A stretch of 57,130 bases of DNA, filler included, from Catajapyx aquilonaris (Eukaryota): NCBI GenBank assembly GCA_000934665.2. It is 4 parts of 4 records of this genome, joined end to end, with 100 filler letters (N's around TTAATTAATTAA, not from the genome) between each part and the next. Parts side by side here need not be neighbours in the genome. Positions count along the whole stretch, not along the records: positions 28,605 to 42,805 come from JYFJ02007849.1; positions 42,906 to 57,130 come from JYFJ02007850.1; 2 more parts are not named here. One strand, 5' to 3'. A program made the position numbers and the translations under genes. This document shows, in pieces, positions 42,160-56,129 of the stretch (position 1 is its first letter; every line of letters begins with the position of its first letter). The notes beneath the pieces are model-generated. The model saw nothing but the letters and a program-made list of their open reading frames with translations, was not told the origin of the DNA and ran no database searches.

Positions 42160-42186
42160 TATAACCAAAGGGGCTATGTATAATCT

Positions 42187-42319
42187 GGGGTGGAATTTTC
42201 GTCCCACTGCTAGTTACTGTTGACTTAGCAGTACTTAGCTCTTGGCAGTACCAGTGTCGGGGATGGTTAAGTAACTGCTAAGTTAGCAGTAACTACCAGT
42301 GGGATGAAAATTCCACCCC
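42187..42319. repeat. Small hairpin MITE
   Basis: GGGGTGGAATTTTCGTCCCACTG...CAGTGGGATGAAAATTCCACCCC. Confidence 0.7.
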
Positions 42320-42469
42320 TGCTGTTTTGTGAACCTGTTAATGTGTATTTAACAGTGTTGGTGAAACGTGTTCTTATCTCACATCATTTAACAGTAATGA
42401 TTGCTGTACAGCATAACATCTCTGAATCAAAGCCTGTTGTATTATTGAGGTGCTTGAGTTTATACTGTA

Positions 42470-42640
42470 CTAGCAGCGGTACCCGTTCTTCGCACGGGGA
42501 AAAAAAGAGCGTGGGTAATTACACCGAAATCTTCTTAGATCTCAAGCAATATTAAATGCAAAACTGCTCATTCCCTTGCATATTTATGTAGGCACTGGAA
42601 GGGTGTAAAAATTCTGGTTTGTTTGCGTAATAAAGAGCCA
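42470..42640 (-). mobile_element. Possible Helitron-derived 3' terminus
   Basis: Minus strand reads hairpin CCCGT-GCGAAGA-ACGGG, then 8 nt, then CTAG|T; 5' boundary unknown. Confidence 0.45.
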
Positions 42641-42805
42641 CACAACTATGGCTATGTGGTTATCAGAATACAAAAACGTGGGGCAGATGGAGAGAGAAAT
42701 GAAGAGGAAAAAGAAGAGAGGAAAGACTGGTATCTCTCTTAGTCTGTCTCCTATCCCAAAGACCTGGCTGACTTGGGCGGCCCTACCAGTAGACGAAACT
42801 ACCGC

Positions 42806-42905
42806 NNNNNNNNNNNNNNNNNNNNNNNNNNNNNNNNNNNNNNNNNNNNTTAATTAATTAANNNNNNNNNNNNNNNNNNNNNNNNNNNNNNNNNNNNNNN
42901 NNNNN
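42806..42905. other. Artificial contig linker
   Basis: N44-TTAATTAATTAA-N44. Confidence 0.98.
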
Positions 42906-45340
42906 GGGGGGGGGGTGTCAAAAGTGGCCAAAAATCGATCACGTGGTATATGGACGACCCCTAAGATGTTTGGTGCAAATGGTGCTTGATGGTGACAACT
43001 GGACAAGTCATATGTGCAATTTGACACCATGAGAAACATGTAAGGTCTTCTTTGGTGAACAGATATTACGAGTATATCCCTAATATTTTAATATCCAATT
43101 GTTTATAAAAAAAATACCGAATTCAAAACCGGCGCGGCGGCGGCGGCGGAAAAAAAAATCCGCTTGTATTTGGCATGAAAACTACTTGGACAATAATAAT
43201 CAGTGTTTCACGTAAGGACGTGGATGTGTACACCCACAATTTTTTTCAACAAATCTCTCGATGGTCGATCACCAACATCGTCCGAGTTGAGATGGAATAA
43301 CCCCGATGGTACAGTACAGTACAGTACAGTAGCACCGAAGCCCGTGCCCTTGACAACTCGGTCCATCCTGCCCTGTATGTAACCCTCGCGCCTCTCTTGT
43401 CAGTCACTCATGCCTACATCCCAGGCGCAAACTCATCCACAACACCCAGTCTCTGGGCCAACTCTTGCGCTCAATTTCCACCTGACGCAAAAACATCTAT
43501 TTTCCCATCGAGCCTTTACATAATCCCAAGCAAATGGGGGGGGGGGGGGGGGGGGNGGGGGGGGCTGTTGAGAAAGGCAGACGGGAGAGTGGGTGAGGGT
43601 GGGCCAATGCGGACACTGTGTATATATTTTTTATTCAAGTTCTTTTTTTGTCTTCGGGGGGCACTGGGGTCGCTGGTTGGAAGCGGGAGGCTTTTGGAAG
43701 ATGACGTCCTCATTCCCACACCCACGTCGATCCCCACCCACACCCACGCCCACGCCATGTTCCACCCTCCACTTTTTTTTCCCACACCCCCATGCCAAAG
43801 AGAGATGGAGGTATGGAAACTGAGTGATCTCTTTGTATACTTCCCCAAGTTTCTGCTCATGGGGACACTTCCTCTGACCTTAGCCCCATATGTCCGACCC
43901 ATGACGAACGGCACAATACCGTCATCCCCCACCAAACCTGCGATGCAATCAACCGCCAATCCCCCTCCCCGCTCGAAAATGTGCCATTGAAGCAATGCAA
44001 CTTTTATTCCTCGCATAAAATTAGCACGTGACGTCAATGTCACTTGCTCACAATGTTACGCCCAAACCCTTTGCCCGCAATGTCACCTACATCCTGTTCC
44101 ACGCGGTTTTCATCACATTACCCACGCAATATTGCGGTCGCAAAATAGAGTTAAATTTTACCTCTCTCTGGCAAAAAGGTCGCGGTTCACGTCACAATCC
44201 TGAAAGCAGGTTACTAATTGCCTCCTGAACTCTCCCCCTATTCAAAAGTTTACAAGCCCCGCCGCCGCCGCCACCGCGTCGATCCTCCTGAGTGAGATGT
44301 CCTATCGCCTCTTTCTCCCGGGGGCGTCTTTGGTCTCCCAAAAAAGATATGGCCCCTTCTTTGGAGGGGCATTTGAGGCAACGCACCGGAAGTCGGGGGC
44401 GGCCCTTAGGCGTGGGTGTCAGGCAGAATTGGCACCCTTCCAAGATCAATAGCACCAGTTCCCTTTTACTATCAAACGCTTCCCCACAAACTCCACACTA
44501 AATCTTAAGTTCCTTGGATTCATGGTGGTAATCCGTCCTGAGTCCCCCCAAGAGAGACCAAAAAAAAAGGGGGTCTGACATCTCGCTGACTTCAGGCAAA
44601 GAACTATGACTTCAGCTTCCTAGGTCCCCCCCAAAAAACAGAAAAACGACCGGTGGTGACTGTAAGCGCCATTCCGTCTGCAACGAGCGGGTGTTGCCAT
44701 GACATGTACTACAGTTCCCAATAGCCTGCGACCTGACATTCAAATCGTACAACGTTCTAGATATTCATCTTTCCTTTGACCAGGATCTTCCGCCTGACGT
44801 CACGCCTTTGACGTCAGGCCTTTTACCCTTGCCAGCACTTCGACATGCACCCCACTGCTCACACCTATTATTTATTGCTCTTCGGGCTGTGTTTGCGTGC
44901 GGTTCAACCCATGTTGCAAAATGTGATACACTTTGAGAGGTTGCGGGGAAGGGGGGGAAGATGGGATGATACTTGAAGAGATGGGTGACTTGCCAAGAAA
45001 TTGCGTCACCCGGATGTGACACGGGGGCCTAGAAGGGCTTTGGTGCCAAACCTGCACGCTTCCGCTCAATTTGCTCCACTTTCCGGTTGTATAAAGGGGT
45101 GGGGGGGGGGGGGGGTTNTTCAAATCAGATCCTTTATTTCACTTTCTTTGGGGTAGCTCTGAAGTGGAGGATTTCATCTGGCTTACAAGTTTGGGTACTA
45201 CATCGCTCAAGAAGATGGAGACGATTGTGCATTTCAATGCAAAATCGTCTCCATCTTTTTGAGCGATATAGTACTCAGAATTCTTTGAAAAGTTGTGCCC
45301 ATTTTTAATACTTGTACAAAATAATAATAATTGTACTTAC

Positions 45341-45457
45341 AAATTTGGGCGGCGTCCGACAGTCCCTTGGCTCAATCTCTCGAGACTTGTTGTAGAGGTA
45401 GTTGCTGATGTCCACCTCTTCCAGGTCTTCAAAAGGGTTCAGATTCTCCAGGAATTC
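45341..45457 (-). CDS. Sos: Son of sevenless exon, end of the RasGEF domain (not in the ORF track)
   Basis: EFLENLNPFEDLEEVDISNYLYNKSREIEPRDCRTPPKF; TTTTCAG acceptor, GTAAGT donor; phase 0 follows the 54961 exon. Confidence 0.9.
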
Positions 45458-48343
45458 CTGAAAAACCAAATAAATAGTCAACATCTCAGACAGTAGGTTC
45501 GGACTTGGGCATTACGATGCACCAAGTCCCTCCCGTTGGTATAGGCCTTGAATGCCATCAAGGGGTCTTACAGTAGCAAGGGCCAGACGCGGTCGCGATG
45601 CTGTGTACGCTCAACTTGGGCATATAGTGGGAAGTCAGGCGGAGTCGTGCCTAATATGTCATTGTAAACGTGGTTCGAACACGTCTGGCCCTCTTCTATC
45701 GTAACAGACAGAGTTCATATGATCTGAAGTCCACAGGGTTAGTCACAAAAAGTTGTAAAACAAAATAATGAATTAGTGGTGCTCTTTTCTCTCGATATTT
45801 TCTGTTTGACCAGAAGACATCTAACTTACATGCGTGCCTGCTCTGGGATCCGAACCAGCGGTACTGTATTACCCTTCGTCCACCAGTACGTACGGGAAGG
45901 TGTACCTCCAGCTCTACTAACTGCAGCTGTACAAAGGGAAATGACTCGTGGAACAAGCGTTCATTCAGATTCCTAATTCCTCAACACTTACGTTTCATTA
46001 ATTCCTTACGTTAAAACGGTCTTCCATTCTTAATTAGCGATTCATTAATTGCCATTGACGCCGGAAATGTCCCAAAAATATTACAAAATACCGAGATGTT
46101 AACCACTTCTTGAAGTCGGTTTATATGGTCTGCGGAACTGATAGATTCTCGAAATATATCCGGCGCCGGATACCCTGTCTGCTTGCAGGATTGGCTCGTG
46201 ATTCCGTAACGCGATCCTCCGTTAAAAAATAATACAAAAAAATTACATTAAAATATTTATACACGTCCCAATAAGTATGTCTCCATGTTTATCTCAACTG
46301 GAGGCTTTGGCCTTGCTGGCATCGCGCAAATGCTCTTGGGTCAGATCACGACGCACTGAAGGACACTTTCGGAGTATTTGCCAAGTTTTTCCCGGAAAAG
46401 ATAAATGAGGGACGCGTCACGTGGCTGGGCCTCTTTGGTCCCTTTGAGACAGGAAAACCTGATTCATATTTTTATCGTCTGCCCTACTTTTTCCCACGTG
46501 AAGCTAGGCCGCATCGAACGCCCTGTCCTCAATGCCGCATCTTCAAGGTTTTCCCTTCAGGTCAGGACGAAGTGTGTCCTTCACCTAGGTATACCCACGT
46601 GCGAAATTTCAATCGAGCGACGACAACTTAAGCTTCCCTCTCCTGGCTAACTATGCCCATAAAATCATTGAGTACGTTTTGAGCATGCCAATTGCTGACC
46701 TGTTACACGTAATGAGCATGGTAATAATGCATCTCGTCGTAAAATACTATAAGAGCATTATTCCAACGGATATACAGTACCGTACATAATAATGTAAGCG
46801 AAAGGGTTATAATTCTCGTGTACCATACTAGGACAAGTTTGCATAGGGCCGGTTGTGTGATTGATAGTAATCCAACAGAGCAAGTGATTAACCTTATGTA
46901 ACATGGATCAACCAGTTCTGGATTTACCATCGATCACACAACCGACCGCTCGAGATTTGATTAGCTCTTTTTATGATGCTCAAAGTTACGCAAAGTTCGT
47001 TCAGATAAAAATGAGCAAGTGAACCGTAATCGGACATGGTTATGAATAAATCCAGGAATAAATAGGACAAAAATTTGGATAGTTCTCAGATAAGGATAAG
47101 CCGATTGGCAGGTCAGAGGGCTACCTCCGTACACCCCAGTTTTGTCCATTTTGGTCAAGTGGTTCCTTAGCAGAATAGGGCCAAAAATATCGCTTAATTG
47201 TTGTTCAGTGTAGTTTACGGTCAATTATATTTAGTCCACTAGTAGACGAGACCTGTCCCGATTCATAGCCATGTCCACGTGCGGTTCACTGACTCATTTG
47301 CACCTGATTGATCCTTGTAATATTTTTGTACTGTTCACTAGCAGGAATGGGTTTTACGAGGAGTCTGCGTCATGTTATTGTGCAATTTCATTACAAGTAG
47401 CCTGTTTTCAGTAAGAACAATTCTTAAAATTCCTTTCTTGTAACAAGGGTGAAGTTAATTGCCATATATTATTTTACTAAGAAAGCATATGGATATAAGT
47501 AATACCACAAGGGATAGGTATATAACAACACAAAAACACGAAAACATTCAGAACATATACCTAGAGGTTGTCCGATATGAAATATTCATGGCTAGAGATT
47601 TTCTGGCAGTAGGCTGTTTATTTCTAAACAGTTACTTTTAGTGATTATAAATAAGCATCACATGGTCCTCTTAGGTTGCGCGGGCCAATACCTTTAAATG
47701 CCCGCAAGAGGCCCTGGCCTTAACATGTAGGTTCTATCACTGACGTCCGATGACAATTGCGCCAACGAGCCATTCCCAATGTGAAATTCATTGCAACTAC
47801 TTGAATAGCTGATTCAACTTAGCCTGAAATTAGCAGCCAATACTTTTGATCCTTAAAAATAAGAAGCTTAGCTACAAAAAATTGATACACCACTAATATT
47901 TTAATCGGAACACCCTGTATAAGTATTAAGTGTTCAGACGATCACAAATAAATACGCAGAAGAGCTTTCCTTCTCGTTTTAATCAAAATAAAACTTTCTC
48001 GACTAACTTACATTCTGCAAGGAACTAATCCATTGCATGAGGGGGAAGGCAAGACAAAAACTATACTGTTATTTAAAAGAAACAAGCCCGACACTGAACA
48101 AAATATACGATAAAGTATTTTATTAAAATAGAAAAAAACACATCAATAAACCAAAGTTATACACATGGCGGTCAATAAAACAGAAAAATGGGCAAGTACG
48201 GCGATTCCTTTACCTACTCCACGGACCCTATACAGTATACCCGACATCATTTTTGCTGGATCATTATGGCAGCGAAATGGCAATTAAATTTCGAGACGCC
48301 CCCAACCGAATGATATACGAGTCGTATACAATATCTTGCCGGA

Positions 48344-48444
48344 TACAACAACAACAACAACAACAACATCACGACATTTCCTTATGAGGGGTAGTCAGCG
48401 ATGAAGGGAGATGCAAGCTAACCCAACATATGAACTAATAAAAC
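48344..48444 (-). repeat. Copy of the repeat at 1-98 with a (CAA)n tail
   Basis: Reverse complement of window start with ~1 mismatch; probably extends further right. Confidence 0.75.
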
Positions 48445-49134
48445 TCATGAGAAAGAACCTAAAAACAACCTGTCCCACCCCCCACCCCTGCCCACCTCAG
48501 ACATCACCTTATCATCAGACATATTTACCTATTTACCCATTAATTAACCTACGCCATTTACACCTATCCAAACAAACAACCCTAGCCTCAGCCACGTCCA
48601 TGGTCCTATTGACACAAGAACGTCTCGGCTTAACACTTAATACGCTTAATACGCCAGCTCATAACCAATCGTGATAGTCTCTGCTACTTCCCATTTAAAA
48701 ATTATAGGCTACAGAGAATTTTAGTCTAGGACCAGTCCAGGGATCGCACTACCTGCCCGTTATGCGAGAGTTACTTACAAACCTTGATAGCAATGCACTG
48801 CTTTTTACCCTAGAAGAACTGCATATGCTATTTTAAACCTTTAAAATACCTGGTAGGCTACATTTGTTTAAAGGGGTGTGACATTACCAATTTAGGACTT
48901 ATCATAATCAAGGCTTCTCCAAAGGAAACCTTCGCCCACGGGTGAGAGTACTGTAAAAGGTTATGTCTATCTCATGTCACATTAGGTTCAATTTTAGCCT
49001 CTTTTACGAGGCTTTTGAACTTATTAATAGCTGATATAGGATAGGAGATTGCACCATCACTCCACTGTACAACGCTCAGTCTTCCGATCCTGTGCAGAAT
49101 AAAGCAGACGATGAAATATATATTATTTTTAGAC

Positions 49135-49333
49135 GAGCGGCACAGTGATGCAGTGGTTAGAACACAGCTTTCCACATCTGAGGACTCGAGTTCGATGCCC
49201 AGATCGGACGGAGGAACTTTTTATGGGGAAAGAGTTTCGATGAGTTCTCTCAGTCTTCGCGTGGGATTTCTCGGGGTTCTCCTGCTTCCTCCCATATTCA
49301 AAATCAGCAGCAGTGCAGTCGATGAATAAAGTC
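49135..49333 (+). mobile_element. tRNA-derived SINE with a V-domain-like core
   Basis: A box TGATGCAGTGG, B box AGTTCGATGCC, then GAGTTT..GTTCTCTCAGTCTTCGCGTGGGATTTCTCGGGGTTCTCCTGCTTCCTCCCA. Confidence 0.7.
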
Positions 49334-49605
49334 GGGCATTCAAAAGCTGATCCCCTAAAAGGCCCCAACAGGCCTCTGCTGGGTGTGCAATTATTAATTG
49401 CATTAGTTAATTTCAGTTCATAATAATTGCTCTGGGATTAGGAAGAATATGTAGGTTTAACATGTATATGAAAATCAATCTCGAAAATTACAATATTCTT
49501 TATCAAAGAAGTAGCCATAACAGACCTGAGAAAAAGTCTGGATTTCGTAACCTTAAATGCATTGCACATAACTTTATACACCAGTCCCAACATTTTCCGA
49601 AAATA

Positions 49606-50222
49606 CAGGGTGATCCCACTATAGGAACCCTTACGAAAATTCTGCTTATTTAGCTGACTAGCAGCAGCCCTAAAGTATTAAGTTACTTGTAGCAGTCAAA
49701 ATAACCGCTTCCACCGAATATAAAGCAATAGCCAAACGCCTTTTCTTTCGATCCCGTACACAGGCCGTATGTCGAAAATTACATCAACCTACCTGCATGA
49801 GGGACATATTTCCGATGCAAATGGATGGTTGGCCATCTAACAAGTTCATTACTGAGGCCCATGGACGCTTTTTAGGAGTCAAAATTTTAGGTCGGAAAAT
49901 CCACGCTGTGAAGCTCCTTATAATATGGCGATGGGACAAGGTTCCTCACGATAAAACATGGCGTTCACATATAATCCTATACTTGCCCAACCTCCCTCTT
50001 AGAAAGGGCCCTTATCTCTAAATTCTTCGACCTGAAACGTCGGCTCCTACAGAACTCCGTGGGTCTCAATAATTAGTAATTCAAATAGTGGCCGGTCATG
50101 TAATTTTTTGTTCCTAGAAGGGAAGGGCAAGCAGTTTGAACTGCTACAAGAACCTAAAACTTTATGGTTACAGCTAAATACGTAGAGTTTTTGTAAGCAG
50201 CGTTCTTAGTTGGGCCACCCTG
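49606..50222. mobile_element. Old Tc1/mariner-like non-autonomous element
   Basis: TA-CAGGGTGATCCCACTA...TAGTTGGGCCACCCTG ends. Confidence 0.5.
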
Positions 50223-53200
50223 AATATGTTGCGGCAAAGTAAACTACAATTCTAAAGGCGGGGTTTTTGACCTTCCCGGACCGAGGCTGTTACAACTGTG
50301 GTTCCCTTCGGCCGTTAACGCGCCAAAACTACCTAGAGTGCGCCATACTACATGGCACATCAATACTGGTTTACCAAGTGGGACCGCAAATTGTCTCCCG
50401 GAAATTACACCATACATGCTGGAAGTAATGTTCGCTGCGGGCTATTTTCTCAAAAAGAAGGCTACTTTCGGCGCTATGCTACGGACCTCCTTAATTGCAA
50501 GGAACAATTAACATCAATAACATAGCGCATTCATTGGGGCGGTTTCATCCTACCTAGATAATAGCACCCAATAGGTAAATAAAAAGTCACATAAGCACCT
50601 TTTTATACTGAATAAATACGAAAAGCCTGATTCAATCACCGCAGACCAAATACCCTTTTGTCAGTAATGCCGTATAAGATTCCTTTCACGAGTCGTAAAG
50701 TGGGCGGAAGAATCAAATTCGTTTATCACGAATGACGCCCAGAAGCGAATGATCCTCAATGGTGTAATAAGATGCCATGGTCGATGGACTTGACCATTAT
50801 TGCAAGTTTTACCAATCATTTCCTAATCTTGGCTAATAAGAAAATATTCATCCGAGTTCATTGCGTGAACAAGAAAAAAAAAAAACCCAGATGAATCAGT
50901 TCTGACGCTATCCTAAACTACGATTTGACGAATTAGGCGAATGAAAACGGCGGTGAAATTGATATTGCACTGTGGAGCAATATGCCAAAAGTACTCTCGC
51001 GATCAAAAATTTGAAATCGATTCGAGTTGCAAGGAAGCGAACTACACATTAGCGATGGGGCATATGTCTGCGACAGTATGTCAAAAACTTACCACATGAA
51101 ATGCCGAGCAGCGCCTATACCCAACAACAAAATTTATTTTATAACCAGACCACGCCCAAAACTTCATTCCACTAAAATAATGATATCGTTGCGACCCTCA
51201 CATTTCTGGTCGCCACAAAACACCACGCATCACCTATGCCGTTAATCGTCCACATTGAAAAACACCACCTCCAAGGCCGAACTCCCAAAAATAAATAGCC
51301 CACTCCTCATTTTGGCATGCCTTCCCCCTCCTCCCCAGCAATTTGCCCTACTCGCAACCCGAAATGAAGAAATAAATTTCCCTTACCTCCTGTCCACAGC
51401 AGGACTCAAAAAGCCGGAGACAATGACACATCTCGGCCGTGAATAAACTACAATCCTCCAGGAATAGCCACAGGTGTGTATTTAAAACCCTTCATCTTCT
51501 TCCCTTCCTAACAATCAGACATGTCCCTTTCTGTTTTGAGTTCCCGGCCCCGAACAACCCGTGGCCTGAATGGAAGGAACCACCGTACATCTGTTTTGCT
51601 TTCCCTCGACCCTACCCCGCCCTTACCCCCCCGCGAGTTGTGAATGGCGCACGGCCCAACTCCCCTCACCCACACTCGCCCCATCGCCCCCCAACAAAGA
51701 GTCCCTCCCACCCTCCAATCTACAGTCTTGCGATTCTTTCCGGCATAAATGCGATTCATTCTCACTCATGATGGGATTACCAATTGCGGTACACTCGCCC
51801 CCTCATTCTTTACGACGCTATTCAGCGGTTCACCATTCAATTCATAAATTGATATTACATCAAGATGAAAGCACAGCAAACTTGTGTTCGATGTACCGAC
51901 GCTCCTGGTGGAAACTAATCCGGAAGCACACCTTTTGTGCCCCGATTTCATCGCTGGAACTGTCTTGACGGTGAATGGAGATGACGCGAGGAAGTGCTCC
52001 ACGCTGACGCCAACTTGGATCTAGTCAGACGCCGTCTCCTGAGGCTAATTCCCTTTTGAGTATAGGTTGACGGTATATTGTTGGCGTGGTTCACCACAGG
52101 CCTCATTAGAGGAATTTAAGCCGATTTTGGCCAGGTATGTTCCAGATCGGCAATGGCAACTTGATTTCAACACGACATCTGCCTTTTTCAAGTCTGCTCC
52201 TTTTCTGGTGTACATACATACAGTGTAATTTGCGTTCATACAACCGGCTCAATTGTAGCGTTTGGGTCTGGATAGAAGGTGACATTGAGAAGAGGCAGTG
52301 GGTGGGAGCTGACTTATAAGAGTGGATCCAGAATACACAGAGATGACTTTGGCAGCTTACTTTTACATGCAAAATTGAGCCTCTCAAGTTCTCTAGGGTA
52401 AAAGTGGCTGTGTGAACAGTTCTTCGAAGCGGTTGTCTCAAGGTTGTTTCATCGCCAATAGATCTGGTGTAGGTTCCCTTTTGGAATATCTTCCGGCTCT
52501 CTGCTCTTCTGATGACAACCGAATTTTGTCCATGTGTAGATGAGACCAAAATGTTCGTTGCTGCACTTATGAGTAAACCATTTCCTCTTACAATTCGTTT
52601 ATTCTTCTTTCGCTCGTCTTAACTTTGTATTCCCCAAGTAAATAATGGAAGAAGGCATTTTAGCTCTTCCCTGCTTTCCAGGTTCACCAGTTTTTTTTTA
52701 AAAAAAACATAGCTATAGGGGCTTCCTTGCAGTTTTCTGACAGCAAAGCCTCTCTGATACTCATTATAAGTTCTGATGGTTGTGTTGCCTAATCCTCGCT
52801 TTCATCACTTCGGGCTGAAACTAGCAGAAGCCACTAGGGACGTGCTGACATTCGCCCCGCGTAAATGGAAGAAACGCTATTCCGCGACCAACTGTAATTC
52901 GGGCTTATTACACGTGCCGTCGCAATTTGCGTACCATTAGTAAACGTTACGCAATCGTCTATCCCCTTAAGTTTAGGATTTCCCGCGGGACTCGAATAAT
53001 CCTGCATTTCATCCATTCCAGTCCTCAAACACACGGCGGAATAAAATCCTCCGGACATACGTCGTCACACGTTTCCCTCCGGCAAAGAGCGCTGCTGGCG
53101 CAAAAGGCAAAGGCCGACCATGGGGTGCCCATTGGCGAGTGAATGCAAATTGGCACCGTCTAGTTGATGCGCTAGCAGTATTCTCAATGACTTCCACATG

Positions 53201-54960
53201 GCCCTAAAAATAGGTCGCCGTGGCAACCTGACCTACATTCGCACATTTACAGCAGATTCAGGTCATCATTAAGAGAAGACCTTGAAGAGCAGACCATGAA
53301 AACAACGGACGTTGCAAAGAGCCTAATAATAATAGCGCCTATGGGTTTCACGCGGATTTTTTTCCACCCTACTCCGTATCTATTTTTAAAATACTGTAAT
53401 TACCAAATATGTACCCAGAGCATTTCGGGGTATAAAAAGGCAGCGCGACCTACATTTCCAAGAGAAGCACTTTCAAGTTCGGCAAATAGGATGGAATGAA
53501 ATAGGGCCACGGCGGCAAAGACGTCCCCGAGAGGAATGGAAGCAGAACAACAACAACAAGAAAAAATCATGTCATTTGTCTCGAACTTGCTCAAAGGGGA
53601 AGTCGCCTTTTGATATTAACGACGGGGCAAATGCACGGGACAGAAAGGGTGGCTCTGTCTTGATCGATAGTTCCGCTGCGATGGGAAATGTTTGGGGAGG
53701 GGACGTCCAGGTTCATTTGCATGCTGGCATTTGTCAACTTCAAAGGGCGGCCTGGAAATTGTCCTGCTACATAAAGCGTGCATTCCATTGCCCCTGACCT
53801 TTGTCGCAAAAAAAACACACACACACAAACACACACAATCTGTCTGTTACAGGCCAGTGCAATATTTCAGCACATTTCACTCCAGACCTACACCTAATAC
53901 CAGTCATAATTCTTATGTAGATGCAACAGATATTCTCGTATTTAAAATAATTGCCGTAAATCTATGACCACTACACTGCATGCATATAACTGCACTTCAA
54001 TAGTACGACCATAAAATTCCAATGCAAAACAATGTTGCATGCAAGCATTGCATCGTGGTACAATAACCTTCTGGTTGTCAAGTGTAAACGGATTAAAATC
54101 ATGGAGCCTGAAGCATTTCTCCAATAACTCATGTACGTCACTCGACTAATTGACATTTAGGAAGCTGGAGGTGTTATTGCAATACTCGGGATTAAATTAA
54201 AGTGCAGCAACCTCTGCTGGTATGCAGATAAGGAATATCGGAGGATGATCTGAAATTGCTTCCCTTCCAGATCAGAGGACTGCGTAGGTGCCACGGCGCA
54301 GGAATGGAAAGTAATCTATATTCAAATCCCTATTCCTTTGCAGTCTTAATTACATGCCCAGAATTTTGCTTCACCTCCACAACGAAGTCAGTTTATGAAG
54401 CAAATTTATGTGGGGCTGGCTTGTCTTCGGTGCCCGAGCTCTGAAAATTATATTTTATTCAAACAGCAACTTCAGGACCTCAAGCACCATTACTTATAAT
54501 TTTGCTCCAGTCCCAGCCTCCCAAAAGGAGTAAAAACAGTTGGAAGTTCCTGAGAGAGAAAAACTTTTTCAGCTTCTTTCTTATCTCCGCCTGAGTTCAT
54601 TTTTTCGGGTTCAAAGACCTAGCTAATACCTTTGAGAGCCCACAATCCCTGTAACTAAGACAAGCTTGACTAGTCTTAACTGCTTCTCTAGATTCTCTAG
54701 CCAACTTAATTGGAAAAAAAACAGATAAAAAAACAGTATATTGTCACACTCAACGCGACTAGCTAACATCTGACTTGTCATATTACAATGAATTGTACTG
54801 TGCTGATGCAAAGCTGCTGGGCAACATCAAACAACAAAGCATTTACCATACGTGCAATGTACATGCAAAAAGTTGACAACTATTGTACTTTCAATTCCAA
54901 TTTCTCCACACACATTGTGACAATTAGAAAATAGATAAGACAAGAAGTGACAGCACTTAC

Positions 54961-55130
54961 CCTAGTCCGAGGCTCCACAGCGAGGCAGTAGTGCTGGTTC
55001 TGGTATTGTTGAATCTCGCCTGTGATTTCTGCCACTTTTCTACTCCGGCTGAAGTTGATTAGGTTGGTTGAGTTGGGGAGAAAATCTGGGTTACCTTCTT
55101 CAATGTGAAGAATGTTGGTTAAGTACATGC
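54961..55130 (-). CDS. Sos: Son of sevenless RasGEF (CDC25) domain exon
   Basis: [18 protein letters not shown]...[33 protein letters not shown] acceptor, GTAAGT donor. Confidence 0.92.
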
Positions 55131-55730
55131 CTGAAAAGAAACAAAGTGCAATTATGAAATAATTCATCATTCATTCATTTACTTCATGGCATAAATCCCA
55201 TTCAGGGGTAGCCAGGGGTTACACCTGGACACCTCATACGACTGACAAAATGAAGCCTCTGGTGAATGGTCAGGGCACACACAGGTATGAAATAGTTGGC
55301 ATAAAAATAATTATTTTCAGACTAATTTCCCAACTTAGGTTTGTTTGTATTAACTTGAATTTAGGAAAAAACTGATAAATAATGTATCATGAATATTACA
55401 TGCAAGGTGTTCCCATTGAAATGTCAATTTCATGAGCAATTTTTTTGCTCTCTAGCTACTTACTTTTATGCAAGTACATTGCAGAACTCTTGATAACCAC
55501 TAAGAGTATCTGAATATATTAGGCTGAATTTCTGATTGGCTATGGCCCATTGGAACTATTGGCATTGAAAAGATCCCATTTTTTGCAGGCAAGACCCTTT
55601 GCAGACCTGTGTCAAATATGATGGATCCATGCAACCAAATATTACAAACTAAAACTTAATAACCCAGTAATAACCACTAAAAGGTACCAGATCTAGGCGA
55701 TGATATTCACTTCTGTTCAACTTGCACGTA

Positions 55731-56127
55731 CAGTACCCTGCATTAATGGCCATGCACAGACATCGCCACCAGGCCAGATTGAGCGGAACTAGGCGTCCGG
55801 TGTGTCCAAAAATACTCTGATGATCAAGACTGCTCACGAGTCTGCTCTAGACGGCTCAAGATATCGCGGTGGATTAACAGGCATTCGCTTGGTCCGTGTA
55901 ATAACTGGTTCACAACCTCAATACATTGATAGGAATCGCAATGGCCTTATAATTCATCCCACAGATATATCTGTGATCCGCTGTGATCCATCTTTGTAGC
56001 AAGAGTTTGAATCTACCGCTATATCTTGAGCTGTCCAAGTATTTTGGACGCACCTCACCGACGCCTATTTCCGCTTGTTCTGGGACAGGTGGCGATGTCT
56101 GTGCATGGCCATTAATGCAGGGTACTG
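55731..56127. mobile_element. pogo/Tigger-like MITE
   Basis: TA TSD; perfect 40-bp TIR CAGTACCCTGCATTAATGGCCATGCACAGACATCGCCACC. Confidence 0.88.
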
Positions 56128-56129
56128 TA

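Noticed and set aside
43397..44043. Overlapping 197- and 175-aa ORFs
   Set aside because: Run through poly-G and low-complexity sequence with an N; no recognisable domain or splice structure
51890..52560. Possible decayed retroelement coding fragment (147-aa ORF; YLAKIGL..CG-like segment)
   Set aside because: Too degenerate to assign by eye; needs tBLASTx against repeat protein libraries
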